64,000 bases of DNA from NCBI GenBank assembly GCA_001179505.1, contig CDMY01000243.1, forward strand, positions 186,001 through 250,000. Direction: 5' to 3'. This DNA is from Vitrella brassicaformis CCMP3155. Lineage: Eukaryota > Protista > Chromerida. Below the pieces are notes generated by a model that saw only the letters and a list, made by a program, of their open reading frames with translations, did no database searches and was not told the DNA's origin. Below are positions 1-11,343 of the stretch, one piece after another (within the stretch, counting starts at the first letter, position 1; each line of letters starts with the position of its first letter). Made by a program: the position numbers and the translations under genes.

Positions 1-1781
1 GCTCCAGTCGGCTGAGCAGCCGAAGCCCGCCGGGCCCCCCTCCCCCGCCTTTTCCAACACGCTCGCGGCCTCTTTCGCACGCGCGGCCATGTCGGACTCA
101 TCCATTGGGGGGATGGCCTCGGCCTCGTCGTAGGAGGGCGGTGTTGACGGGCTTCCCTCTTCTGGGCTCTCGGCGTCATCATCTCTTTCGAAGGGGACGT
201 ACTGAACGATCACGTTGATTTTGCCCGCGTCACCTGCCGATAGATGTCGGGCGGCGCGGCCATTGGGCCGCTCGTCGACGGCATGGTCGCCTTGGCCGCG
301 TTTGCATCGCTTGCGGACGTCTTCTGTTCTGTCTGGGGCGGACTTCTGGAGAGGGAGCCACCCCTGCCACACGAACCGACCGCCGCCATCTGTTTGGGAA
401 AAAGGAAACGGCAGAGCAGATGAGAGATGAGAGAGGCTGGTGTGCTGGTTTACTCGTGAGTGGGGGTGTCTGGCCACCTGCGTCGTGTCCCTCTTCGTCC
501 AAGAGAGTGGCATTTGCTCGTATCTCATCGACATCGATGGTCACGACACCGAGTTCGTCGTCATTCGAAAACAACTCCTGGTGAGCCAGCAGGCAACACG
601 GATGCACTTCTGAATGCATTCTTGTATGTGTGTGTCGCATCCGGCACCCATGCCCCACTCACCTCATCGAGGACTCTGAGGTTGAGGACTCCTCCATCCA
701 GGCCTCTGGTGTAGAGGGACAGCGTCTGCTGCCACTTGGGATTAGAGCTGCTCTTGACCGTCCTGGTCCTATCGACAACGCCCCGCGTGCCTGAAACAGA
801 CAGACAGACAGACAGATAGGTGGCCGTGTGTGTCGTCTTCATGTGTTTCTTCTACCTGAGGCATCGGCGAGCGAGACCACGACGTACGGGTCGCTTTCGA
901 ATCCGGTCAGGGCCGCCTCTAAGAACGAGTCCTCACGGACGAGGTCAGATGCCTCCAGAACAGTCACCAGCAACAGGCCTAATGGACGAGGCACCAAGGC
1001 AGACAGGCAGGTTGCCCGTGGACACGTGTGTTCCACCACCCGCAGCAGGCACCTTGTACCCCTCTCCTTGAAATACTCACAGCTACGCACACATACCGTC
1101 GAAGACCTGACGAATGAAGTCAGCCGACTGAAAAGCCACGTCGTTGCCATTCGCAGACCGCTCCCACTTGCCTGAAAGAACCAGCCAACCAAACCAACAC
1201 AGCCACTCATCACATCGCCATGCATCCGGTCTTGTGTGTGGGTGCAGTCAGTCACCTGCCCTTGGCTCGTTGTACGCCTGAAACGAGAAGCCCGCTAGTA
1301 GAACAGCCTTGCGAATGTCGAACTGGGAGTAATGGAGATGAGAGGCCAGGTCCTCGATCTTCTCGAAGACGCCGCCCCGCTTGAACCATCGAGATGCCGT
1401 GGACAGCAGGCCCGATGGAGATGGCCGTTCTGAAGGGCGCGTCGGGCTCTTGAGTGCATGCAAGGGGTGCAGCGACCCATGGCGGAAGGAGGCAGAACGG
1501 AATGGCGTGAGGAAGGCAGATGAATGCCTCTGTATCGACAGTGATGCGAGCAGGCAGATCACCAGCCAGCGGATCCGGGCAGATCCTCTCCTCTCTCTCC
1601 TCATCATCATTGCGTCATCTCTCCTCCTCATCATTGCCGCCAGTAGCATCGCATCGGATGCATGAGGTCGTCGCCTTCTTCTGTCCAGCAGCGCCTTCAC
1701 CTCCACGTCTGCGAGCTCGGGAACAGCCGGAGCTCGCATTGATCCGACCCTCCCTTTTTGGAAACGCGGCTGGGTGAGCAA
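1..1781 (-). CDS. Multi-exon gene (5' part; runs off the window start), probably plastid-targeted, with a C2 domain; possibly a class-3 lipase
   Basis: The first exon has a hydrophobic signal-like stretch WLVICLLASLSIQRHSSAF followed by an S/P/R-rich transit-like region, then AVLLAGFSFQAYNEP (resembles the class-3 lipase N-terminal helix). A later exon (~655-790) reads RTRTVKSSSNPKWQQTLSLYTRGLDGGVLNLRVLDE, which is C2-like. The start codon is uncertain (ATG near 1610 or upstream). No GxSxG motif lies inside the window. Confidence 0.55.
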
Positions 1782-1786
1782 CGTTC

Positions 1787-3260
1787 ATGGATGACAGCAA
1801 AGCAGAAACTGGCCCTCTCCCTCATGAGGCTTCATCGAGCGATCGCCCCTCCCGGCACCCAAGATGGTTTTCCCGCCTGTGGACCAAGGCCAAGAACGTC
1901 AAAAGACGAGTAGCCAACAAGCTCAGAAAGAAGTCGGCACCCATGGGTGATCACAAGGGAGATCCGTTCGTCCACACCATGGGGAGGCAGAGCGGCCCAA
2001 GCGAGCACTCGGGCAGCACTCAGACCTGCGAGCACCCGGAGGGGCAGCAGGACGAAGGCGCCGAGCATGACGTCACGCATGAGCCGGCAGATCTGGGGGG
2101 AACGATCAAGGTGGCGGTCACATCGCCGCCTGACGACTCCTTTTTCAGCTTTTCTCTCACATTTATGGTGGCCCTGCTTCTTTTTGCTGGAGGCCTGTGT
2201 GTGATTTTGTGGTCGTGGCCCAACGGTGAGTGAGTGAGGGACCGATTTGGGAGGCGAGGGGCCACTCACATGCAAGTGGAGCCGACGCATGATATATCTC
2301 GGTGTTTGTGATTGTGTGCATGCCTTGTTCAGGTGGTCTTCATAACTTGTCAATGTCTCCGTCTTCCCTCGTCACTCGGGAGTCACCGGCCGCAGCCGTG
2401 CAATCCGCGTGCGGCCCTTCACACCTACATATGCATACAGCCGAGTGTCGACAGGACACGGCGGCTGCCATCGCAACCAAAGGTCGGCGGCTCCAGCAGA
2501 ACATCACCACAGTGCCCACCCTCACCATCAAGAACACATCCTTCGAGCAGCTGCCGCCGCCCGACTTCACGCCGCGGTACGGCCTCAGCGCCCTGAGTGC
2601 GTCGCGTGCCGTCGTGGTCATGGGCGGCTCGCTCATCTACCACGACACCAGCCTCGACGACGTGTGGATGACCACCAATGGCGTCGGGCCCCGCAGATGG
2701 AAGCTGGCGCCGCAGAAGAACGAGACCAAACTCACTCGCAGATCCTTTTTTGGTGCGGCAGTCCACCCAAGTGCGGACGCGCCCTTCAGGTTCCTTGTCA
2801 CAGGTGTGCGATGCTCTCAGGGAGACAGACAGACGTGGGCCATCACTCAATTCCTCCCTTCTGTGTTGTGTGGCAGGTGGTTTGGACATCTCGGGCATCG
2901 AAGGCGACCCCCCTTCTCGCTACCTGAATGACGTCCTGGTGAGCCGCGACGGCACCACCTGGCGCACACTGGTCGACGATGCGCCGTGGGAGCCACGCGA
3001 AGGCCACCAGCTGGTCGTCATCCCGGGCCCCGAGAACTCCACGAACGCGACTTTTCTCCTGCTGGGTGGCCAGACGGCCAAGGGCATCCAGCACGACGTG
3101 TGGCGGTCAACCAACGGCATCGACTGGGAGCTGCTGAGCCGCCGCGCGCCGTGGAGGGGACGACGGCTGTTCCAGACCGCCGTCACGGGCTGGCCGGGCG
3201 GGAGTGAGGGCAAGAACATGAGCGTGTATGTCATGGGGGGCGAGGGGCTGAGCGAGGGAC
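1787..3260 (+). CDS. 5'-partial paralog (copy 1) of the Asp-box/TSP1/clostripain gene: cytosolic N-terminus, single TM, then propeller repeats; truncated by a gap
   Basis: ORF 1787-2233 ends in the TM segment FSLTFMVALLLFAGGLCVILWSWPN with a gtgagt donor. Later exons encode DVWMTTNG, NDVLVSRDGTTW and HDVWRSTNGIDW repeats. Near-identical to 4707-6053. Confidence 0.7.
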
Positions 3261-3560
3261 NNNNNNNNNNNNNNNNNNNNNNNNNNNNNNNNNNNNNNNN
3301 NNNNNNNNNNNNNNNNNNNNNNNNNNNNNNNNNNNNNNNNNNNNNNNNNNNNNNNNNNNNNNNNNNNNNNNNNNNNNNNNNNNNNNNNNNNNNNNNNNNN
3401 NNNNNNNNNNNNNNNNNNNNNNNNNNNNNNNNNNNNNNNNNNNNNNNNNNNNNNNNNNNNNNNNNNNNNNNNNNNNNNNNNNNNNNNNNNNNNNNNNNNN
3501 NNNNNNNNNNNNNNNNNNNNNNNNNNNNNNNNNNNNNNNNNNNNNNNNNNNNNNNNNNNN
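3261..3560. other. Assembly gap (300 N)
   Basis: Run of exactly 300 N. All five gaps in the window are the same size, so this is a placeholder length. Confidence 0.99.
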
Positions 3561-3793
3561 GCTCACTCCTGAACCGACAGATCGACTGACTCACTCCTCT
3601 CTGTGGTGCTGCAAAAATCGGTGAGTGTAACACGTAGCTCCTCAAAAATCGATGATGTAACCTCGCGATGAGGAGGGAGGTGGCATCAATTGTGGCCAAC
3701 AATTCAGCCACTCGCTGGATGCCCTCGGGCTAGAAAAACATCTCTGTCTGCCCCATCCACGCCGCATCAGCACCCCTATGCATGGGTACTCAC

Positions 3794-4434
3794 TCAAAGA
3801 GCGAAGAGGTAGCCCCAGGGTATGAAGGGAGTCATGATGACAAGCCCCAGCACGTTGAGTAAAGTAAAGGGGACGGGAAATCCTCCCATGCCTCCCTTGC
3901 GACCGCGTACCAGCCACGGCAAAGCAAAGAACACGAGAAACAGCACCTTGACCAGCACCTGACACACACACACGTGCAACATGCCCTCACTCACAGTGTC
4001 TACCTGACTCACTTCACTGGTGCAGTCGTGCACTCACCGAGATGAGCAGGATGGAGGCGAATGGCAGCGGGCTATAGATGCCACACGCAGACAGGATGGC
4101 GATGCTCGTGATGAAGATGCCGAGGATACTCAGCGCAAGGTTGGGAACCATACTCCCCGAGAACAGCTGGCTGTAGGCAGCAGACACACACATGCCTGTT
4201 AGTAAGCATTCCCACGCAGGGAGGTAGTGTTCTGTCCGCGCACTTACTTTGCGGCAAACTTCGGAGCCCACAGGCAAGTTAGACCAGTGCTCCCTCCGGC
4301 TGCGCACACGCAGGGAGACAGACACATATACAGACGTCTCAAAGGCCGTCTTCTGTTGTCACACAGGAGCCCCCTCACTTACCGACCACATTGGTGGCAA
4401 ACACCACCCGCAGGGCCAGATGCTCCACTGCCAT
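3794..4434 (-). CDS. Small (~135 aa) four-TM membrane protein, 4 exons
   Basis: The phase-consistent GT-AG splice gives MAVEHLALRVVFATNVVAGGSTGLTCLWAPKFAAKNQLFSGSMVPNLALSILGIFITSIAILSACGIYSPLPFASILLISVLVKVLFLVFFALPWLVRGRKGGMGGFPVPFTLLNVLGLVIMTPFIPWGYLFAL*. Confidence 0.75.
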
Positions 4435-4967
4435 CGTTGAATGACGCAATCGCCGCTGCTGTGTCAACCCACAGAGGGAACGGACAGCCTCTTGACCAAC
4501 GACGGGAGAGGGAAACGACGCCGAAAGCCGCACCAAATGCGAGCTCAAACGTGCGAAAGGGAGGGGAACCCAGTGAGACGCACTCAATCGAAGGCGTCTA
4601 GCCGCGAAGGTGCAATCCCAGCGTCGTTTCTTTTCTGCACTGATTCCCTTCAAGCGGATCCTCCAGCCCGCCAATGAGTCAGATCTATCCCTTCCTGTCC
4701 TTGATCGCGTCTGTGGACGAAGGCCAAGAACGCCAAGAGACGAGTAGCCAACAAGCTCAGAAAGAAGCCGGCACCCATGGGTGATCACAAGGGAGATCCG
4801 TTCGTCCACACCATAGGGAGGCAGAGGGGCCCAAGCGAGCACTCGGGCACAACAGCACCACGAGCACCGAGCATGACGACACGCACGAGGCAGATCTTGG
4901 GGGAACAATCAAGGTGGTGGTCACATCGCCGCCTGACGACTCCTTTTTCAGCTCTTCTCTCACATTT

Positions 4968-7900
4968 ATGGTGGCCCTGCTTCTTTTTGCTGGAGGCCTG
5001 TGTGCACTTTTGTGGTCGTGGCCCAACGGTGAGTGAGTGAGGGACCGATCTGGGAGGCTAGGGGCCACTCACATGCAAGTGAAACTGACGCATGATGTAT
5101 CTCGGTGTTCATGATTGTCTGCATGCCTTGTTCAGGTGGTCTTCATGACTTGTCAACGTCTCCGTCTTCCATCGTCACTCGGGAGTCACCGGCCGCAGCC
5201 GTGCAATCCGCGTGCGGCCCTCCATACCTACACATGCATACAGCCGAGTGTCGACAGGACACGACGGCTGCCATCGCAACCAAAAGTCGGCGGCTCCAGC
5301 AGAACACCACCACAGTGCCCACCCTCACCATCAAGAACACGTCCTTCGAGCAGCTGCCGCCGCCCGAATTCATGCCGCGGTACGGCCTCAGCGCCCTGAG
5401 CGCGTCGCGGGCCGTCGTGGTCATGGGCGGCTCGCTCATCTACCACGACACCAGCCTCGACGACGTGTGGATAACCACCGATGGCGTCGGGCCACGCAGA
5501 TGGAAGCTGGCGCCGCAGAAGAACGAGACCAAACTCACTCGCAGATCCTTTTTTGGTGCGGCCGTCCATCCAAGTGCGGACGCGCCCTTCAGGTTCCTTG
5601 TCACAGGTGTGCTCAGGAAGACAGACATGGGCCATCACTCAATTCCTCCCTTCTGTGTTTGTGTGGCAGGTGGTTTGGACATCTCGGGCATCGAAGGCGA
5701 CCCCCCTTCCCGCTACCTGAATGACGTCCTGGTGAGCCGCGACGGCACCACCTGGCGCACACTGGTCGACGAAGCGCCGTGGAAGCCACGCGAAGGCCAC
5801 CAGCTGGTCGTCATCCCGGGCCCCGAGAACTCCACGAACGCGACTTTTCTCCTGCTGGGTGGCCAGACGGCCAAGGGCATCCAGCACGACGTGTGGCGGT
5901 CAACCAACGGCATCGACTGGGAGCTGCTGAGCCGCCGCGCGCCGTGGAGGGGACGACGGCTGTTCCAGACCGCCGTCACGGGCTGGCCGGGCGGGAGTGA
6001 GGGCAAGAACATGAGCGTGTATGTCATGGGGGGCGAGGGGCTGAGCGAGGGACACCTCAGCGACCTCTACAACGACGTGTGGAGGTCCGATGACCTCGGT
6101 GAGGCATATCCATAGAGGCACAGGCGCGCACATGGTCTGTCTGCATTCCTCTTGTTTTTCTATTCATCTGTCGCTGTGTGTAGGTGTGACGTGGTCTGAG
6201 GTGACGAAGTCGGCTTCCTGGCCTCCCCGTTATGGCTTTGGTGGGTTGGGATTCTTTCATGGCGGCCTCCTGGTCATCGGCGGGGCCACCATCTCTGACG
6301 CAGGCATGGACGAATACCTCAACGACATCTGGTGCGTACAAACGCCACGATGACACGGAGAACACAACTGCATCTTGTTGCCCATTCGTGTGTGCCGACT
6401 TGTTGGTCAGGTATTCTCCTGACGGCGGCAAGACGTGGAAAGAGCTGCTGGCGAAGGAGACCAAGCCTTTCTCGCCCTGCGCCTTCTTCGGGCTGACGAT
6501 TCGCATCAACGAGCTGTGGCTGATTGGCGGCATGCACCTGGCACAGCTCGGCCAGGGCCGCGTCACCATACCCACCAACGAGGTCTACAAGGCGACACTC
6601 AAGGCGCGAGAGACCTACCACGACGTCACCGACTGTGAGCAGTCAGCATGGAGCGAGTGGAGCCAATGTGACGGGCAGCGGACGCGCAACCGTACTACGA
6701 TCACGGAGGCGCGAAATGGTGGGGAACCATGCGGAGATTCGGTTGAGACAGAGAACTGCACCGTCCAACGGGTGGAGACGTGCGAGGGCGACGAATGCGC
6801 CGCGCGGACCGTCTTGTTCTCCCTCAGAGGCTGTCCATGCATCGAGAGGAGCTGCCAGAAGGAGGGCCTCAACATCCCCGGTCTGGAGCGCTTCTGCATC
6901 GTTCGGGAGGAGGACTGCGGCAAGGGCCCATGCACGTGCGAGGGGCCCATCCTTGGCCAGTTCTACGATGCGTGCGTCGAAGGGGGCATCGAGCAGGTCT
7001 TCACGAACGGTGGGTGCCGGTGCATCAAAGAGTGCCGGAGGCGGTCAAACGACGATAAGCCGACGTGCCCGATCCATCCAAGGGAGGAATGTGCCGACCA
7101 GTCGGCAACTGGCTCGTACACATTGCCTGAATGCGACAGTCCCAAGTGGGAGTACCAGCTGAGACCGCCCACTTTCTGCGCGGGGGTGGAGGAGCGCCTC
7201 AGCAGCAGGAGGAAGGCTCACTGGACGCATCTCGTGTATATGAACGCGGTAAGTGGGACGCACGATGCCATGTCAGGGGAGACGACGCTTTCGTCATCTC
7301 GTGTGTCCGTGTGTGTGTGCTGGTATCATCAGGACAATAACTTGGAGAGCTATGCCATGAGTGACTTAAAGGAGATGCTTCAGATCCCCAAGAGCGACTT
7401 CAACCTGCTGGTGCTCGTCGACCGCGCCGACCCTGAGGTGGAGGATTCGTCTCATAGGGCGATCCACGATATGGTCATCTGTCCAAATGCCACCTCAGAC
7501 GTCAATGCCAGAGTGGTATGCATACATACATGCACGCACGTCCAGTCATCTTCATCCCGACCGATAGAAGAGCATGGATGCCTCATTCGTTCTGTACTTG
7601 GATGGCGTCGGTTGGTTCAGGCAAGGCAGCAGTTTTCCGGGGCTTATGAGCTACTGATGATTGGCGACCCGTATGAGAACCAGAACAGTACCAGCCGGCG
7701 CCGCTGGCTTCTGAAGAGGGACTTAGAAGAATCTAACATGGACGACGGCCAAGTGCTCCGGGTGGGTCAGACGAGACGGCGTCAAGACATGCCGCTTCCT
7801 TCCCAGATGACGATGGCCCCTTCCCGTTTGTGTGTGTGATGTGTGCAGGAATTCATCGCGGGCGCCTTGAAGGAGTTCCCCGCAGAGCATTACGCGCTCA

Positions 7901-10876
7901 CTTTATGGGATCATGGCGTCGGCCGGAAAGGGTGAAGCACCATGGACAGCAAGGCATGTATCGAAGCATGGGTGGGTGTTGTGTGTGCAGTTTCGGCGGC
8001 GATTCTAGCCACGGCAACTGGGATTCGCTGATGAATCTCTGGGCTCTAGAAACGAACATCAGAGTAAGCCACGCTGACCGTTCTATGCCAACGATACTTC
8101 TTCTTTCACTGATGGTGTCTTGTCTTCTTGCTCAGAACGGCGCTAAGGACGCGGGCATGCCTGACGACTTTCGCTTCGACCTGCTGTCATTCGACGCATG
8201 CCTGATGGCGTCTTATGAAGTCACAACGGCCCTCGCATCACAAGGACACTTCTTTCTCGGTCGGTGAATACCACCCATATCATGCACAGAAAGACAGCTA
8301 GTCAGAATCATGTCTGTTTTCAATATCAATCATGGTCCTCCTTCTGTTCTGCGTGTACGCGTCCAGGCAGCGAGACCCTCATCAGCGGCACTGGCTGGGA
8401 CTGGAAGTCGCTGAGACCCACACAGCCGAACGGCACGGCGACGCCGCCATTGGAGTACGCCAGAAAGATCGCCTTGGCGACGATGGACTTGTACGTGCGC
8501 AAAGAGCGCCTGATGACTCTCGCCATCGTGGACCTCTACAAGATCCTGGAGTTCCGCAAAGCCTTCGCCCAACGCCAGAGGACGCTGACCAAACGCCTGC
8601 ACGATTGCGTCGATACGAAGGAGGTCGATCGCATCCGGACGGCTTACCAGAGGGCCGACGACAGCCTGCGAGGCCGCCAGGCGTCGCTATTTAGCGGGGA
8701 GATAGTGAATCCGGTGGACATGGGTATGCTGCTGCAGTTCTTGGAGGCCGAGGTGGAGCGGGTGATGCCTGCCGACGAGCTCGATTCTTTTTCTTTCAAG
8801 GTACAGGAAGTAGAGTTAGTGTAGAATGCATGGGTGAATGGAAAATGTGTTCTCAGGACGCCATCAAGAAGTACAACGAGAGCATCGTCTACTTCAACGG
8901 CTCGGACAACTTCGGCAACATCCCCCTGACCGGTGAGGGAGTGGGGATATGGGTAGGTTCATGAAGCAAGCTGCAGTGTAGATTGTCATTCATGTCTCGT
9001 GTTTGTCAGGTTTGCACGCTGATTTGACTCTGGAAGAGCCGGTCACTTCCCGCTTGCTTGAGGCAGATGAGCATTCCACCAGCGAGGCGCCGGCATCTGA
9101 TGCTCGCCAGCTGCAGGACGACGCCGCCAAATGGGGAGCAGGCATCGTAAGGCAGCACGTACACTCACTGGACAGAGAGACCTTTGCTATGTCGTGTTCG
9201 TTGCTGCCTCGCTGCGCAGAGCGACGACCCGAACTGGCAGAGCACCGGCACGCCGAACGACCTGCGGGTCTTTCTCGAGCCCATCTACGATACCAAGCGC
9301 ACCGTGTGTCGGGCGAGGAAGGGTCCACCGGAGCTCCAGCCCAAGTTTGTCATGCTCAACTGTACGCTCTACCTCATGAGCAGTGCGGGGCAGGAGGCCG
9401 ACAGCACTGCGGCAGCGCCGCGCTACCGTGTGGAGGTCTTCAGAAACACTTCCAGCGGAGCCGCGGCATACACGGTCAGTGAGGCAGACGGGGCCATGAA
9501 CACTACTGTCTGTGTATCTATCGAGCATCCTGTCCTTCTTATGCCGTTCAGGCCCTGAAGACGATCATGACCAAGCCCAAACCCGAGAATGATGGCAAGT
9601 TCCAGCAGGCGTTTGTGGTGACAGCGGAGCAGTCGCCTGACAAGGATGAGCTGGCAGATTATGTAATCGACCATGTGACGGCCGAGTGGGAGGGCGAAGG
9701 CTGGATCCTTCATCAGAGCCTCTGGACGGAGATGGAGAAGTTTACGAAACGGGGAGACTGCAAGGCTCCCTCATGGATCCGACAGTGCCCGGCGGGATTT
9801 GGCGATGCAGTGCCCGCACGCCCGGCCACTAATGAGGGAAGCGACCGCACATTCGAGCGCCAGTGCGTGTGGCTGAGTGCGCTGGCGTCCAAGCAGAGCA
9901 ACGAGCAGAGCAACGGCGCCACCCGGCGAACCCTGCAGATCCCCGCCCGCCTCTATCGGAGCTTCACCGACTTCACTCGCCAGGTGAAGGACGCCCGTCG
10001 CGCCAGGCTGGTGATCGACTACAACGCCAAGAGTCCCGACGAGAGCCGCCTGTCTCTCTTTGCTGCCAATCGCTTTGGCGTCGAGGCGGAGGTGTCCTCA
10101 CAGGATTGGGGGCTGATCGAGCCGCTGCACACGTACGTCAATCTCACGGCGGTCGACGGGTCGGGTCGATATGACATGGCCCCTGACGACGCGGAAAGCA
10201 TCCAGTCGGACGTGCCGTCGTGCTTCGCATTCATGTAGGCGGACGGAGAGAGGGAGAGGCAGATGCACATACACAAGTGCATACATCGGCTTACGATGAC
10301 GAGTCCCTCATTTGTGTGGGTGCTGTGCAGGTGGGGATCTGATCCTGAGGCTCCTGAACGTGAGGCAGACAAAATCGAGGTACTGCAGTGGCCGCCAGCT
10401 GGCAGCGGGACACCAGGACAGGCAGAAGAGGCCGAAGACGGAGATTCTCGACGGGCTCTGCAAGATACTGACGACGACAAGCGTGGTACGCACTGCTATG
10501 GCATGACATATCCGATTATATACTTCACCATCTCTCCTTCTTTCGCTCTCTCTCTCTCTCTGTGTGTGTGTGTGTAGAGCGTGTGTTGGGCATCAAAGCC
10601 AAGGAGACCATAGGCGCGACGCCGAAAGTGATTGGCAGTTTTGTGGTCCTCTCAGAGGCCAACTCACAGCAGCGGCACACCAACACGGGCTGTTCGGAGT
10701 ACGAGAAGGACCCGACGGCCTACTGCAAGACGTGTGACGCACTTGCTTTGCTGGGCGAGGCGGACTGCGCCAGAGAGGAGGATACGCTTGGGTGCAGTGA
10801 TATTTGTGCACGGTTCTGTGAGGGCAACCCATGTGCAAGAAGGCTGGCTGGGGTGGGTGGGTGGGTGTGTCAGTGA
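4968..10876 (+). CDS. Large secreted multidomain protease: Asp-box/kelch-like beta-propeller + thrombospondin type-1 repeat + Cys-rich region + clostripain-family (C11) peptidase + C-terminal extension
   Basis: Asp boxes DVWRSDDLGVTW and YSPDGGKTW. TSR: CEQSAWSEWSQCDGQRTRNRT...NGGEPC...ETENC. C11 motifs: YMNADNNLESYAMSDLKEM, FPAEHYALTLWDHG (His codon 7912-7914) and FDLLSFDACLMASYEV (Cys codon 8199-8201). Start and last-exon assignments are approximate. Confidence 0.8.
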
Positions 10877-11343
10877 GGGTGTGGGCGAAAGAGTTTGTCA
10901 GTGCGAGATGCGTTGGGAGGGGCCTGGGCAGATGACAGGTGCGTAGCATTTGTGATGGATGGAGGGATTGATTGATGTGATTGTTGAGAGTTGAGTCTAT
11001 CTTTGTTGTGCCCCTTGGCTTTGTACGCATCTTGTGAGGCGAGGGATTGATTCGTCGGCCCTGGTTGGTCGGAGTCCCGGACGCAGCGTGTGTGTGAGGT
11101 GTTGGATTTATAATGAGTCTTGTGTTGCGCAAAGGGTAGTCTGTGTAACCACTTACATGAATCGAAGGACAGCAAAGGAGCCTTTCCGAGCTCATCATAC
11201 ATTCAATTTGTTTCTTACCGGCGCAGGTTCGGCACGCAGATACGCTGCCTGTCGACAAGCCTGTCACCATCAGATCTTTCATCAGATCAGTTCTGCCCGA
11301 GGTCGTGCCATCTCTCTCACGGCTACTGCAGCGCCCCAGCACC

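Larger units (their letters stand above)
1871..6053 (+). repeat. Tandem segmental duplication: 1871-3260 vs 4707-6053
   Basis: Exons and introns are colinear, with scattered substitutions and indels (e.g. the intron after acag|gtgtgc differs in length). Confidence 0.95.
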
